From an uncultured virus (IMG/VR IMGVR_UViG_3300025012_000068) (taxonomy: Duplodnaviria > Heunggongvirae > Uroviricota > Caudoviricetes), in IMG/VR virus record IMGVR_UViG_3300025012_000068, positions 1 to 64,000 of that record: a stretch of 64,000 nucleotides of DNA; one strand, given 5' to 3'. A program made the position numbers and the translations under genes. Shown one piece after another: positions 8,903 to 17,680 of the stretch. A model generated the notes under the pieces. It was not told the origin of the DNA. It was given only the letters and a program-made list of their open reading frames with translations, and did not search any database. Numbering within the stretch: position 1 is the stretch's first letter; each line of letters starts with the position of its first letter.

Positions 8903-8952
8903 AATTTTTCGTTTTTAAAGTCGCAACTAAATAAACCTGCAAACTGTTATAT
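8818..8952 (+). repeat. attC-like hairpin site
   Basis: TTATAAC-A-ACATGTTTATTCAATTGC / GCAACTAAATAAACCTGC-AAACT-GTTATAT. Confidence 0.8.
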
Positions 8953-9060
8953 TTAATACAAAAATAAGAAATGTTTTTGATATATTAACATTTTTAGTAC
9001 TTTATTTTTGAACTAAATATAACAAGTAAATATAATTAATTGATAATCAATCTACTAAAT
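8946..9060 (-). promoter_or_regulatory. putative promoter cassette, copy 2 (right hairpin arm lost)
   Basis: Near-identical to 7516-7630; intact ATATAAC at 9017-9023. Confidence 0.7.
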
Positions 9061-9115
9061 GATAAATATAATACTCTTTGTGTATTATATATGGGTGAGG
9101 CTAAACTGAATAGTT

Positions 9116-9343
9116 TTATTGTGTTGCTTTACTAAATAAGTTTAGGTCTTTACTTTTCACTAATTCATTACACTCGCATTGACCCATTTGGAGTCCATTT
9201 CCACCATGTATCATTTCCACTTTATCGCCTCGCCTAACATATTGTTTTAGGTTTTTAAGCCAGTCAGTATCAGTGTAGCAGTGAGGTTCATGGCATGCTG
9301 CAAATATTTTATCACAACATGCATATTTAATAACTTGTATCAT
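9116..9343 (-). CDS. small Cys-rich hypothetical protein
   Basis: 75-aa ORF coupled to the upstream gene. Confidence 0.55.
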   Translation of the reverse strand: MIQVIKYACCDKIFAACHEPHCYTDTDWLKNLKQYVRRGDKVEMIHGGNGLQMGQCECNELVKSKDLNLFSKATQ

Positions 9344-9741
9344 GTTAGTTTTATTATTTTTTCTAATTTATATATATTGTCATTATATGAGAAGCATATA
9401 TAAACTGTTGAATTATTTACATTTGAACTTTTAATTTTTTCAAGGTCATTTTGTATTTGGTCATTTAAACAATTAAGATTTTTAATTCTTTTTACTTTTA
9501 CTTCTATTATATTGCCCCTATCTGTTAGTAAATCTGTATAAATGTCATTTGTAAATTTATAATTGAAATTTTCATATAACCATACTTCAGCCGTTTTACC
9601 TAATTTGACATTATTGGATATTATGTCATAACTTCTATGCCTTCTTGCAATACTAGAATTAAATATCCTATCAGCCTCTTCTTTTATTAATTTAGATAGT
9701 AAGGCTTTATCTTTAATATCTTCATATTTAAAACAAATCAT
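9340..9741 (-). CDS. putative PD-(D/E)XK nuclease-like protein
   Basis: GKTAE...TDL...IEVK pattern. Confidence 0.45.
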   Translation of the reverse strand: MICFKYEDIKDKALLSKLIKEEADRIFNSSIARRHRSYDIISNNVKLGKTAEVWLYENFNYKFTNDIYTDLLTDRGNIIEVKVKRIKNLNCLNDQIQNDLEKIKSSNVNNSTVYICFSYNDNIYKLEKIIKLT

Positions 9742-11431
9742 TAAAATACATTACATTTTTTTCTATTAATGGCATATCCATAGCTTCTAGAGCCCTATTC
9801 AATGGATTTAAAATAATAACATTAAATTGCTCATCATAATCTACGTGAGGCGCAAACTCAATTGGAAATTTTCCAGGTAAATAACTAAATGCATCTATCT
9901 TATACGTATCATCAGGCATACAATTATAAAATCTAACCTTATCTCCGGTTCTTACCTTTTTATATTTTTTGCGTATATTATCAGTTTGCTTATATAATAA
10001 ATGGTTATAATAACCAGCGGACCTTGGATAGATAGATGCGCCTTTTGCAAATACTAATTGATCGTCATCTTTAATGACATATTTTTTAAATGTTCGTAGA
10101 TTAAAATTCATACTAAACTCATCAGGGTGTAGCCCTTTAAATTCTTCTTTATATTCTAATAATTTATTTAATATCTCATCCATATTTAAAGAGTCGCCAT
10201 TCTTTAAAATAATCTTAATTAATTCTGTACCTTTAGCCCGTGCCCATTTTGGTAAAGACGCTTTTACTAAATCAAACCCCTTAGGTAATAAATACGACTC
10301 AGGTAATAGTCTATCCTCAAATGCAACATCTAATATATAATTTTTTTTTGCAATAAAAATACCACTATTACTAATATGCTCTAATTTAAAATCATGGGTG
10401 TTTATTGCATTATACGACTTAGCGTATTCTTCAAATTTATTATTTAAATAAGAATTCATCCTATATTTAATTATATCAGCTGCAAATAATATAGGACTTA
10501 TTTTTAATGTATCAAACCCCTCTATCGACTTTATAATATAATCATAATTAATATAACCAGAATTGTGAACTAAAATATCATTAGCAATAAACGTATGAGT
10601 TGCATCATCCATTTCAATATCATATACCCACTCATCTTCGAATTCACCTATACATTTACATTCAGATATATCTTCAAATTGATAATTAAAATTTAAGTCT
10701 AATTCGTTAATTGTTAAAATTTTATCAATTTTTGTATTAATTTCAGATGGCTTAATTTTTAATTGTATTCCATCGTGAAATACAATTAGTGAATGATCTT
10801 CTGTGCATATTATTGATTTTCCAGACTTAGACCTCAATAACCATTTTTTCTTTTTTACTTTATGCCTAATCAGTTTTTTAGGTTTTGCATAATATAAGGT
10901 ATTATTAAAATTTAATATTCTAAAATTAGAAATACCAATTATCTCATTCCCATTTTTTAATTTAATAATACTATTAATTTTATAACATAATTTAAAAAAA
11001 TCTTTAATTTTAATTTTTCCTATATTTTTTACATAAATTATTGAATTTTCGTTGACGCTATCCGTGTCAACATATATTATAGGTGGCCCTTTTGTTATTT
11101 TTATAGGATTAATTTTTAAATGATCTATACTTAATTTTTTATGAAGCTCTTTATCAAGATGCCACTCATTAATAAAATAATGTTCTATTACCTTATCCGT
11201 ATACTTAATAATATCTTGACCTTGCAAAGTTATTGACGCCGCTATGTCTAAATTGAAAAATGCGAAGGAATTTTGACCTGATGAACCATAATAGCTATTT
11301 AATATAATCTTAAATGCACTATCTTGCAGTTTGAGTTTATTAATTAATGCTTTAAGTTCGTCTTTAGTTAAAGTATTAATATAATCTTGTCTAGTATTAT
11401 GATCTTTAAGTAAGTTTAAATCTATTGCCAT
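9728..11431 (-). CDS. gp43: family-B DNA polymerase, C-terminal half (motifs B and C, thumb), intein-containing
   Basis: KIILNSYYG (motif B), YVDTD|S (motif C), KKNY; no exonuclease domain or motif A. Confidence 0.9.
   Translation of the reverse strand: MAIDLNLLKDHNTRQDYINTLTKDELKALINKLKLQDSAFKIILNSYYGSSGQNSFAFFNLDIAASITLQGQDIIKYTDKVIEHYFINEWHLDKELHKKLSIDHLKINPIKITKGPPIIYVDTDSVNENSIIYVKNIGKIKIKDFFKLCYKINSIIKLKNGNEIIGISNFRILNFNNTLYYAKPKKLIRHKVKKKKWLLRSKSGKSIICTEDHSLIVFHDGIQLKIKPSEINTKIDKILTINELDLNFNYQFEDISECKCIGEFEDEWVYDIEMDDATHTFIANDILVHNSGYINYDYIIKSIEGFDTLKISPILFAADIIKYRMNSYLNNKFEEYAKSYNAINTHDFKLEHISNSGIFIAKKNYILDVAFEDRLLPESYLLPKGFDLVKASLPKWARAKGTELIKIILKNGDSLNMDEILNKLLEYKEEFKGLHPDEFSMNFNLRTFKKYVIKDDDQLVFAKGASIYPRSAGYYNHLLYKQTDNIRKKYKKVRTGDKVRFYNCMPDDTYKIDAFSYLPGKFPIEFAPHVDYDEQFNVIILNPLNRALEAMDMPLIEKNVMYFNDLF
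10562..11059 (-). mobile_element. mini-intein (166 aa) in polymerase motif C
   Basis: Starts SVNENS after DTD; block B CTEDHS; ends VYDIEM...FIANDILVHN before Ser. Confidence 0.85.
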
Positions 11432-11496
11432 ATGACTTAAATTTTTGGTATTAGGTATCTAAAATAAAATAGGTTTACTATATTATAAAAGATAAT

Positions 11497-11964
11497 TTAC
11501 AAAAAGATAGTGTATAGTTTTATTAATAGGCCAATTAAGAATACTATGTATAATACCCATATTATATTTGTTTCATTCCATTTATATTTTATTTTTATTA
11601 TAAATGCGTAATGGTCTTTAGTACATATTTTTTCCGTTTTCATTTTAATTAGGTCTAGTATTCCGTATTCTAAAAAAACGTCATTATATTTTTTAAATTC
11701 ATGTTTAAGGTATTCTACCTCTAATCTATTTAATTCTTCTTTATTTTCTTCTTCTATAAGAAATTCAGGAGGTAAATTAATAACAGAGTATAGCCTATTA
11801 ATATAGTCTTTTCTAAGTTCTAGGGTATCCCCTATTATTTTATTATTTTTCATCTGTTTTAATGCAGATATATATTTTAAGTAAATATTTACTTCTAAAA
11901 CAATATTATAAAATTTGTTAATTATAAAGTTAGGATTTATAAAATTAGGTATAGAAAGTCTCAT
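11497..11964 (-). CDS. hypothetical protein with C-terminal transmembrane segment
   Basis: 155-aa ORF. Confidence 0.55.
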   Translation of the reverse strand: MRLSIPNFINPNFIINKFYNIVLEVNIYLKYISALKQMKNNKIIGDTLELRKDYINRLYSVINLPPEFLIEEENKEELNRLEVEYLKHEFKKYNDVFLEYGILDLIKMKTEKICTKDHYAFIIKIKYKWNETNIIWVLYIVFLIGLLIKLYTIFL

Positions 11965-11972
11965 AATTTATT

Positions 11973-12578
11973 TTATTTTAAAATTTCATTTGCTAGTTCT
12001 ACTATATGTTTTTTCTCTGATAATTTAGCTAAAACCTGTATTCGTGATTGACGAATTAAGGTTTTAATAGTATCAATATTTATATTATATTTAACCGATA
12101 TATCCTTATATTTCATTCTATTTATTTCCCTGTCAATAAGAACTTCCTTTTTTCTACCATTTAATTTAAGTATTTCTGAAACTACTGTATTATATAAAGT
12201 TTCGAAGTCTTTTTCTGAATTAAAGATTTCAAAGCTATTAAACTCTTTTTTAGAGCCGGTATCATGAAAAATAGTTAATGTGACTGTATTTTTTTTATAA
12301 TTTATAAATTGTAAGGCGTCATACCTAGCTATACTATATATCCATGTACTAAATCTCCAATTTTCATTATACATATCAATTTTTTGCCAAAGCTTAATCA
12401 TAACTTCTGATGAAATATCATTAGAGTCGTCATAGTCTTTCACTATTTTATATATATATAACTGAACTTGCGGTAATATTAAGTTATATAGTTTATTATA
12501 AACTAATTTAGATTTTGTTCTTTTAAATTCAATAGATAATTCTTGTATTAATTCATTTTTTTTTACAGGTAGTTTCAT
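11973..12578 (-). CDS. ECF-type RNA polymerase sigma factor
   Basis: Region 2 (KLWQKIDMY...FSTWIYSIARY) and region 4 (MKYKDIS...NIDTIKTLIRQSR). Confidence 0.85.
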   Translation of the reverse strand: MKLPVKKNELIQELSIEFKRTKSKLVYNKLYNLILPQVQLYIYKIVKDYDDSNDISSEVMIKLWQKIDMYNENWRFSTWIYSIARYDALQFINYKKNTVTLTIFHDTGSKKEFNSFEIFNSEKDFETLYNTVVSEILKLNGRKKEVLIDREINRMKYKDISVKYNINIDTIKTLIRQSRIQVLAKLSEKKHIVELANEILK

Positions 12579-12594
12579 ATAATGGTTTTTAAGA

Positions 12595-13373
12595 TTAAAT
12601 TAAATTTGTAGTGTTTAGCATTCCATCTAAATGTAATAATGATATTTTATTTTTTAATAACGTCTCACTTAAGTTTTTACTATTAATATATTTAAAAAAG
12701 TCGCAGTCTAAGGCTCTTCCAGTTTCTTGTAAATATTCAAGACTAGGTTGTGATTTAATAATAAACTCATAAGATTCTTTATCTAATTTATATCCTCTAT
12801 TCAAAAACTTAATTATTCTTTCAAAGTATATAAATCTATTATTTTTAATTTTTGCTAATTTAATTATTTTTTGTTGTAAATCATTAATTGAATTATCAAA
12901 GTAATATATATCATTTCCATCAAACCCAAACTGGCATATGGTAAAATCAAAATCATAAATACAAGACTCTATAGTGGGATAGTTTTGGCCTATCATTACT
13001 TGAATATGATTATCGTTATTGATAAAATCTAATTTATACACTCTTGGATCATTACGTAAATTAAGTAGAGGTTTATGGTTTTTAGTAGAGACTTCATCTT
13101 TAATATATTTAATAAGATTTCTTTCTTTTTTATTTTTAGAATGTTCTAAAGAAATCTCATAAGTATCTAGCAAATTATTGTTTATTATAAAGCGTATAGA
13201 GTCTTCTCTATTTTTTGAAAAAATATCTATATCATTATATTTAGTATTATCTAAAATATCTCTAATACACCCTCCTGCTATCCAATTATTTTCGTATTTA
13301 AATTTAGGTATTAAATTATGTATTAAATTACCATCTTTTTTTGCAGACAGTTAGTCTCAATATCAGTATCCAT
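12595..13373 (-). CDS. PolyA-polymerase/CCA-type nucleotidyltransferase-like protein; apparent 1-nt frameshift near the start
   Basis: In-frame upstream extension WIAGGCIRDIL...DIDIF and downstream FDFTICQ; ATG 13373 is out of frame across the T7 run at 13336-13342. Confidence 0.65.
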
Positions 13374-13419
13374 TAAAAAACGATTTAGTAAATAGTTTTT
13401 GTAAAAGTATAAAAATAAA

Positions 13420-14010
13420 TTAAATAAAAATATATTTTATTCCATTAATATTAAAATAACACTCTAAGTCTTCAGGTAAGTACTCGGTGCTATTTATCAG
13501 TTCTTTACCAATTTTTATAGATTTTTGATTTTTTCTCCATAGAAAAATACCATCTCTTTTTTTAGTAAACCCATATATAAATTTAGTTTGTTTATTTGAT
13601 TCTACTATAGATTTAATCATTCTTAAAAAATTAATATCTGACATTTCTTTAGGTTTCAATATAAAAATATTTTGTTCAAATTTAAGTTTTTGTCTATCTC
13701 CTATATTATCTTCAGCTCGCGTTACTCCTTCTTGTACTGCAAATTTAAAATTAAGTTTTAATAAATTTATAGAAAGTTCTTCTATTAATAATTTGTTATC
13801 AATTTCTTTATTTTTATTATTCCAAACTGTTATAATTGTAAACGGTATTTTTTCTTCTATTGCATTTTTAATTTCATAAAAACCAATAGGAGATAATGTG
13901 TTATTATTTCCATTAACTGCAGAACTAAATTTTTTGTCTTTACTATAAACTCGAGGTAGTGGAACATTTATAATATTATGGTAAGCTTCAAATAATTTAA
14001 CATATTCCAT
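13420..14010 (-). CDS. hypothetical protein (late-type, YVKLFE N-terminus)
   Basis: 196-aa ORF preceded by GAATAAATAA. Confidence 0.55.
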   Translation of the reverse strand: MEYVKLFEAYHNIINVPLPRVYSKDKKFSSAVNGNNNTLSPIGFYEIKNAIEEKIPFTIITVWNNKNKEIDNKLLIEELSINLLKLNFKFAVQEGVTRAEDNIGDRQKLKFEQNIFILKPKEMSDINFLRMIKSIVESNKQTKFIYGFTKKRDGIFLWRKNQKSIKIGKELINSTEYLPEDLECYFNINGIKYIFI

Positions 14011-14049
14011 GTTATTATTTATTCAATTTTTAAATTAATAGAATTTTAA

Positions 14050-14367
14050 TTATTCTAATTTATCAAGTTCTTCTTTCAATCTTTCAAGAAAAGACTCTTC
14101 TCCATCATCTCCAGATAATAACCAATCAATTCGGTGAGCGTATATTGCAGCAGTTCTTAGTATTTTTATAGCATCTTTCATTTTTTCTTGAATTTCAATA
14201 GGATAAGCTGCATAATATTTTTCATCAGGATATTTACTATAATACTCATCGGTATAATATAGCTCATCCTTTGGTTTTAAAGTACCCTGTTTATTAAGTT
14301 CATTTTCAATAGAATCTGCAATATTACTAACATGATATTGCTGGTAATCAAAGTGTCCGCCTGACAT
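14050..14367 (-). CDS. conserved phage hypothetical protein
   Basis: MSGGHFDY...RIDWLLSGDDGEESF. Confidence 0.6.
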   Translation of the reverse strand: MSGGHFDYQQYHVSNIADSIENELNKQGTLKPKDELYYTDEYYSKYPDEKYYAAYPIEIQEKMKDAIKILRTAAIYAHRIDWLLSGDDGEESFLERLKEELDKLE

Positions 14368-14405
14368 ATTTTAAAAAATTAGAATTTATAATAGTTTATT
14401 TAGAA

Positions 14406-14612
14406 TTATTGTTCTTGATTTAGTATTTTAGTTATTTTAGAATTAATATCCGACATTTTTTCAAAATATAGGCTTTCCTGTTTTTTAAGACTTATTTTTT
14501 CATTAGGGTCATCTGATAATAATCCCTTTATTTTAAATTCATTACTTTTAGCTCTATATTCATCTTGAGTAGAATATAAGTTTTTTATGTGTTCTAAGGT
14601 TTCAGTAGTCAT
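14406..14612 (-). CDS. hypothetical protein
   Basis: 68-aa co-oriented ORF. Confidence 0.45.
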   Translation of the reverse strand: MTTETLEHIKNLYSTQDEYRAKSNEFKIKGLLSDDPNEKISLKKQESLYFEKMSDINSKITKILNQEQ

Positions 14613-14623
14613 AATATATTTAT

Positions 14624-14860
14624 TTATAATGGATGGTAGTTTGTAATTTTGAATTTAATAAAATCTAGTTTTTTATCTGTACAGTTTTCGCAAAGGTGAG
14701 CGTTCCATTCTTTCAAATCTTTAGAACTTCCAAATCCCCAATTTGCACTTAATTTTAGATATTCAAATCCATACTCCGTATTACACATTTTACCACATGA
14801 GTCACACACTATATCTTTAAGTACGTCTACTTCTTTTAATTCTTTAGTTATTACTTTCAT
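14624..14860 (-). CDS. small Zn-binding hypothetical protein
   Basis: CDSC...WGFGS...LCENC. Confidence 0.55.
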   Translation of the reverse strand: MKVITKELKEVDVLKDIVCDSCGKMCNTEYGFEYLKLSANWGFGSSKDLKEWNAHLCENCTDKKLDFIKFKITNYHPL

Positions 14861-15494
14861 TATTAGTATGTATTTTTAATATTTCATTAATATTAAGCTT
14901 AGGTATACCTAATACTTTACTATTTTCACTTAAATTATATAAATTTACATTTTTTATTTTGAAAGCATTATATAAATTTATATAATCATTATTAATTTCA
15001 TTCAGTCTATTTGCTTTAATTAAATTATGTTCACCATCTTCTGCATAAAAATGATTTAATGTAAAATCTACTCCAATTAATGCGATTGTATGACACCCCA
15101 TTTTATATGCAATAATACATGCCATATATGGAGAGTTATTACTATAATCTATAATATTATTTTTATCATAAAGATTTTCTAATTTAGATTTTAATCCAAG
15201 TTTAAATAATACTTTTTTTCCAGATTCAATTTTCCAATCAACGATTTGTGTAAAAATATAGCTACTACTTTTTGTAATAAGCAAGTTTCTATTGTTAGTA
15301 AATCTATTAGGAGAATCTACAACCACCGTATAAGTAGGAGTAAATAATTTAGCAACATCATTTACTCCTATTGTAATTATATTCTCATTATTTAGTATAT
15401 CTACTCGGTCTTTAATAAGATTTAAAGACTGACCACACCCACAGATTATTGCAGTTTTATCAGTGTGTATATTAATAAATTTATTAAATTCCAT
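14844..15494 (-). CDS. DUF115/Maf-like putative glycosyltransferase-related protein
   Basis: IICGCGQSL, IGVN and LIGVDF motifs. Confidence 0.6.
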   Translation of the reverse strand: MEFNKFINIHTDKTAIICGCGQSLNLIKDRVDILNNENIITIGVNDVAKLFTPTYTVVVDSPNRFTNNRNLLITKSSSYIFTQIVDWKIESGKKVLFKLGLKSKLENLYDKNNIIDYSNNSPYMACIIAYKMGCHTIALIGVDFTLNHFYAEDGEHNLIKANRLNEINNDYINLYNAFKIKNVNLYNLSENSKVLGIPKLNINEILKIHTNNESNN

Positions 15495-15560
15495 ATACTA
15501 GACTCTATTATAACTAATTATTTTTAATGTATCAAAATAGTTTTTTACATTACGTTAAAT

Positions 15561-15632
15561 ATATAAGTTTTTGTTTACAAATCTTTATAATTTTTTCGTT
15601 CATACTATTGATTTTATTATAGTTTAAACATA
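15561..15632. repeat. about 70-bp repeat (second copy at 33191-33261), possible 5' remnant of an integrase gene
   Basis: Near-identical copies; minus strand encodes MNEKIIKICKQ; both abut the left end of an array. Confidence 0.6.
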
Positions 15633-15670
15633 CATGTATATATATATATATATAATATTTATGTGTAATA

Positions 15671-15967
15671 CTACTCATGTTCTCCGAAATATTCCTTTTC
15701 ATCAAAGTTTTCATCGTTATCAAAATCATAAACACACTTAAATTTTAAAACTCTACCTCTCCAAGATTGTTCTACCACTAATGTGATTTCACTAGTCGTT
15801 TGAGAATTAAAGTCAGTTAATTCCATCATTCCGTTTTCACGTTTATATTTCTCATATTCAACGTCATTACTACCACTTTTCCAAACATATTCATCAAACT
15901 TTTCTGATGAAATGTCTGGTAATTTATATTCATTTCCACTTTCTAATTTAATTTTTATTGTATCCAT
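15671..15967 (-). CDS. cassette ORF, hypothetical
   Basis: Body bounded by TTATGTGTAATAC / GTACTACACATAAC. Confidence 0.6.
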   Translation of the reverse strand: MDTIKIKLESGNEYKLPDISSEKFDEYVWKSGSNDVEYEKYKRENGMMELTDFNSQTTSEITLVVEQSWRGRVLKFKCVYDFDNDENFDEKEYFGEHE

Positions 15968-16000
15968 AAGTTTTAAAATTTAAGTTTAACACCGTACTAC

Positions 16001-16130
16001 ACATAACAAGGTGTATATGTAATGTGAGGTTCAGTGGTATATTCAACAATCCTACTTCTAATCATCATTTGTGGTTAATTCAAGTTTAGTGTTTCAAATC
16101 TCACATTACATATACACCCAACCGTTATGT
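16001..16130 (+). repeat. attC-like hairpin site
   Basis: ACATAAC-AA-GGTGTATATGTAATGTGAG / CTCACATTACATATACACC-CAACC-GTTATGT (19-bp perfect stem). Confidence 0.9.
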
Positions 16131-16165
16131 TTAATTGTTCGCTTCTCACAACTATACTTCGTTAA

Positions 16166-16456
16166 ACATAACAAAGTATAAATTCAATAAAAAATAATAG
16201 AATTTTGTTTGTTCTTCCAATTAGTAAAAGATTTTTGATCAACCTTACACTTTTTCAATTCTGTATTTATAAATGGATTTTCCAAGTTTGTAAGTAATTC
16301 ACATTCTATAATAAAAAAATCTTTTTCTACTTTAACGTTAAATCTACCAAATGGTTCTCCCATTAGTCTTGGTTCTTGTTCATAAACAAAATTCCAAAGT
16401 TTATCTTTATTCTTCATTTGTATTATTTTTACTAAATTTATACTCATCCATTAGCA
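16166..16456 (+). repeat. attC-like hairpin site with a very large, gene-containing loop; core ATT
   Basis: ACATAAC-AA-AGTATAAATTCAATAAAAAATAAT / ATTATTTTTACTAAATTTATACT-CATCC-ATTAGCA. Confidence 0.7.
16184..16417 (-). CDS. hypothetical protein encoded within the hairpin site
   Basis: MKNKDKLWNF...NSIIFY; start 16417 (alternative 16447). Confidence 0.55.
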   Translation of the reverse strand: MKNKDKLWNFVYEQEPRLMGEPFGRFNVKVEKDFFIIECELLTNLENPFINTELKKCKVDQKSFTNWKNKQNSIIFY

Positions 16457-16684
16457 GTAATTTAGTTTAGCCTTTAACCTATCAATTTCTTTATATGTTG
16501 CTTCTAACTCTTCTTTTAATTCCTTTTTATCGTTTTGTATAATTCGCAATAGTTCTAATGTATTCCCGTGTGATTCAACAGCAACATTATATTGAAACAA
16601 AGGAATATGAGTTAAACTACCGCTAACAACATGTATATCCAATTGCTGCTTTTGTTCTTCTAATTTACTTTTATCTGTTTTCAT
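16451..16684 (-). CDS. cassette ORF, coiled-coil hypothetical
   Basis: QQLDIHVVSGS leader from the hairpin. Confidence 0.6.
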   Translation of the reverse strand: MKTDKSKLEEQKQQLDIHVVSGSLTHIPLFQYNVAVESHGNTLELLRIIQNDKKELKEELEATYKEIDRLKAKLNYC

Positions 16685-16750
16685 ACTTTATCGCTTTTAA
16701 TTAATTTTATATGTTATTTACGCAACTATATATACCTGTGGACGTTATAC
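16621..16750 (+). repeat. attC-like hairpin site
   Basis: CGCTAAC-A-ACATGTATATCCAATTGC / GCAACTATATATACCTGT-GGAC-GTTATAC. Confidence 0.8.
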
Positions 16751-17056
16751 GCAATATTTTTTACCCACCACAACTAAAGGTTTCAATTTAATTGTTGGTA
16801 ATTTATTACCTCTATTAAATCTTTCATCATATTCAAATAAATTAAAATGGCTTTCGTTTAATGTTATTAATTTTAATGGTACTTTTGGATATTCACCTTC
16901 CTTTTCAATTACTTCACCCATTAACATCGCCATTAATACAACTTCACCAATTTGTTTTTCTTCACCATTAAAATATGTTTTAACTTGTAATTTTTCTAAA
17001 ACATCTTTTGTTAATGGTTGTGTTCCGTTTAATTGTTTTTCAAATAATTCTTTCAT
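16745..17056 (-). CDS. cassette ORF, hypothetical
   Basis: Stop in TAAC core; body bounded by GTTATACGCAATATTTT / AAAATACTGTGTATAAC. Confidence 0.6.
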   Translation of the reverse strand: MKELFEKQLNGTQPLTKDVLEKLQVKTYFNGEEKQIGEVVLMAMLMGEVIEKEGEYPKVPLKLITLNESHFNLFEYDERFNRGNKLPTIKLKPLVVVGKKYCV

Positions 17057-17125
17057 AATTTTTATTTTTTTTGTAAATATGCTAATTTATTTTTAATTTG
17101 TCAAATCCCACCAACAAAATACTGT

Positions 17126-17256
17126 GTATAACAACATGTTTAGTTAATTGTTTTTCCCCTGCTTTTAAATAAGTTTTTAATCCAATTTATCATCCATGTT
17201 TCAATTTAATTTTGTAATATTTTCACGCAACTAACCAAAATGGGGGTACGTTTGTA
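17126..17256 (+). repeat. attC-like hairpin site (degenerate)
   Basis: GTATAAC..CATGTTTAGTTAATTG / CAACTAACCAAAATG..GTT at 17250. Confidence 0.6.
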
Positions 17257-17472
17257 GCAGTATTTACAATTTCCCTTGTGAGAAAACATATACCCTCTTT
17301 GATAGCCATTATACTTTACAATATACTCACAGCTATCTACAACAATTGTTCTATATTCTATTTCTCCATTCACTGAATTTTCACCGTTTCCACAACCGCA
17401 AAAAATAACAGCTACTAATAAGGCATAAAAGAAATGCCGAGCTCCTACTAAAATTGATGTTTTGTTTTTCAT
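17206..17472 (-). CDS. cassette ORF, putative lipoprotein
   Basis: Hydrophobic stretch followed by FCGC; VDSCEY...HKGNCKYC. Confidence 0.6.
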   Translation of the reverse strand: MKNKTSILVGARHFFYALLVAVIFCGCGNGENSVNGEIEYRTIVVDSCEYIVKYNGYQRGYMFSHKGNCKYCYKRTPILVSCVKILQN

Positions 17473-17541
17473 ATTTACTTTTGTTTTAAATTGATAATTT
17501 GTACTTCTAATTTCGGCATTTCTTTTATGCCCATGTTATAT
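17413..17541 (+). repeat. attC-like hairpin site (AAT instead of AAC)
   Basis: GGCATAAAAGAAATGCCGA / TCGGCATTTCTTTTATGCC perfect 19-bp stem, then GTTATAT. Confidence 0.8.
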
Positions 17542-17680
17542 TTAATACAAAAATAAGAAATATTTTTGATATATTAAATTTTTTAGGTACTTTATTTTTG
17601 AACTAAATATATCAATTAAATATAATTAATTGATAATTAATATACTAAACGATAAACGGTCATAATCTTCAACTAATTAC
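17535..17680 (-). promoter_or_regulatory. putative promoter cassette, copy 3
   Basis: Similar to 7516-7660, including partial right arm CTTCAACTAAT. Confidence 0.65.

Larger units (their letters stand above)
6943..9060 (+). mobile_element. integron-like cassette array 1 (6 ORF cassettes plus 2 promoter cassettes)
   Basis: Seven consecutive AAC..GTT hairpin sites; each body is bounded by complementary GTT.../...AAC ends. Confidence 0.85.
15658..17680 (+). mobile_element. integrase-less cassette array 2
   Basis: Five hairpin sites plus a terminal promoter cassette. Confidence 0.8.

Noticed and set aside
6943..9060. CRISPR array interpretation of the repeated hairpins
   Set aside because: The sites differ in sequence and length, the intervening units are genes, and no cas genes are present.
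15637..15654. (TA)n microsatellite as a phase-variation switch
   Set aside because: Not in a credible gene; better explained as an expansion of the attI-like TA tract.
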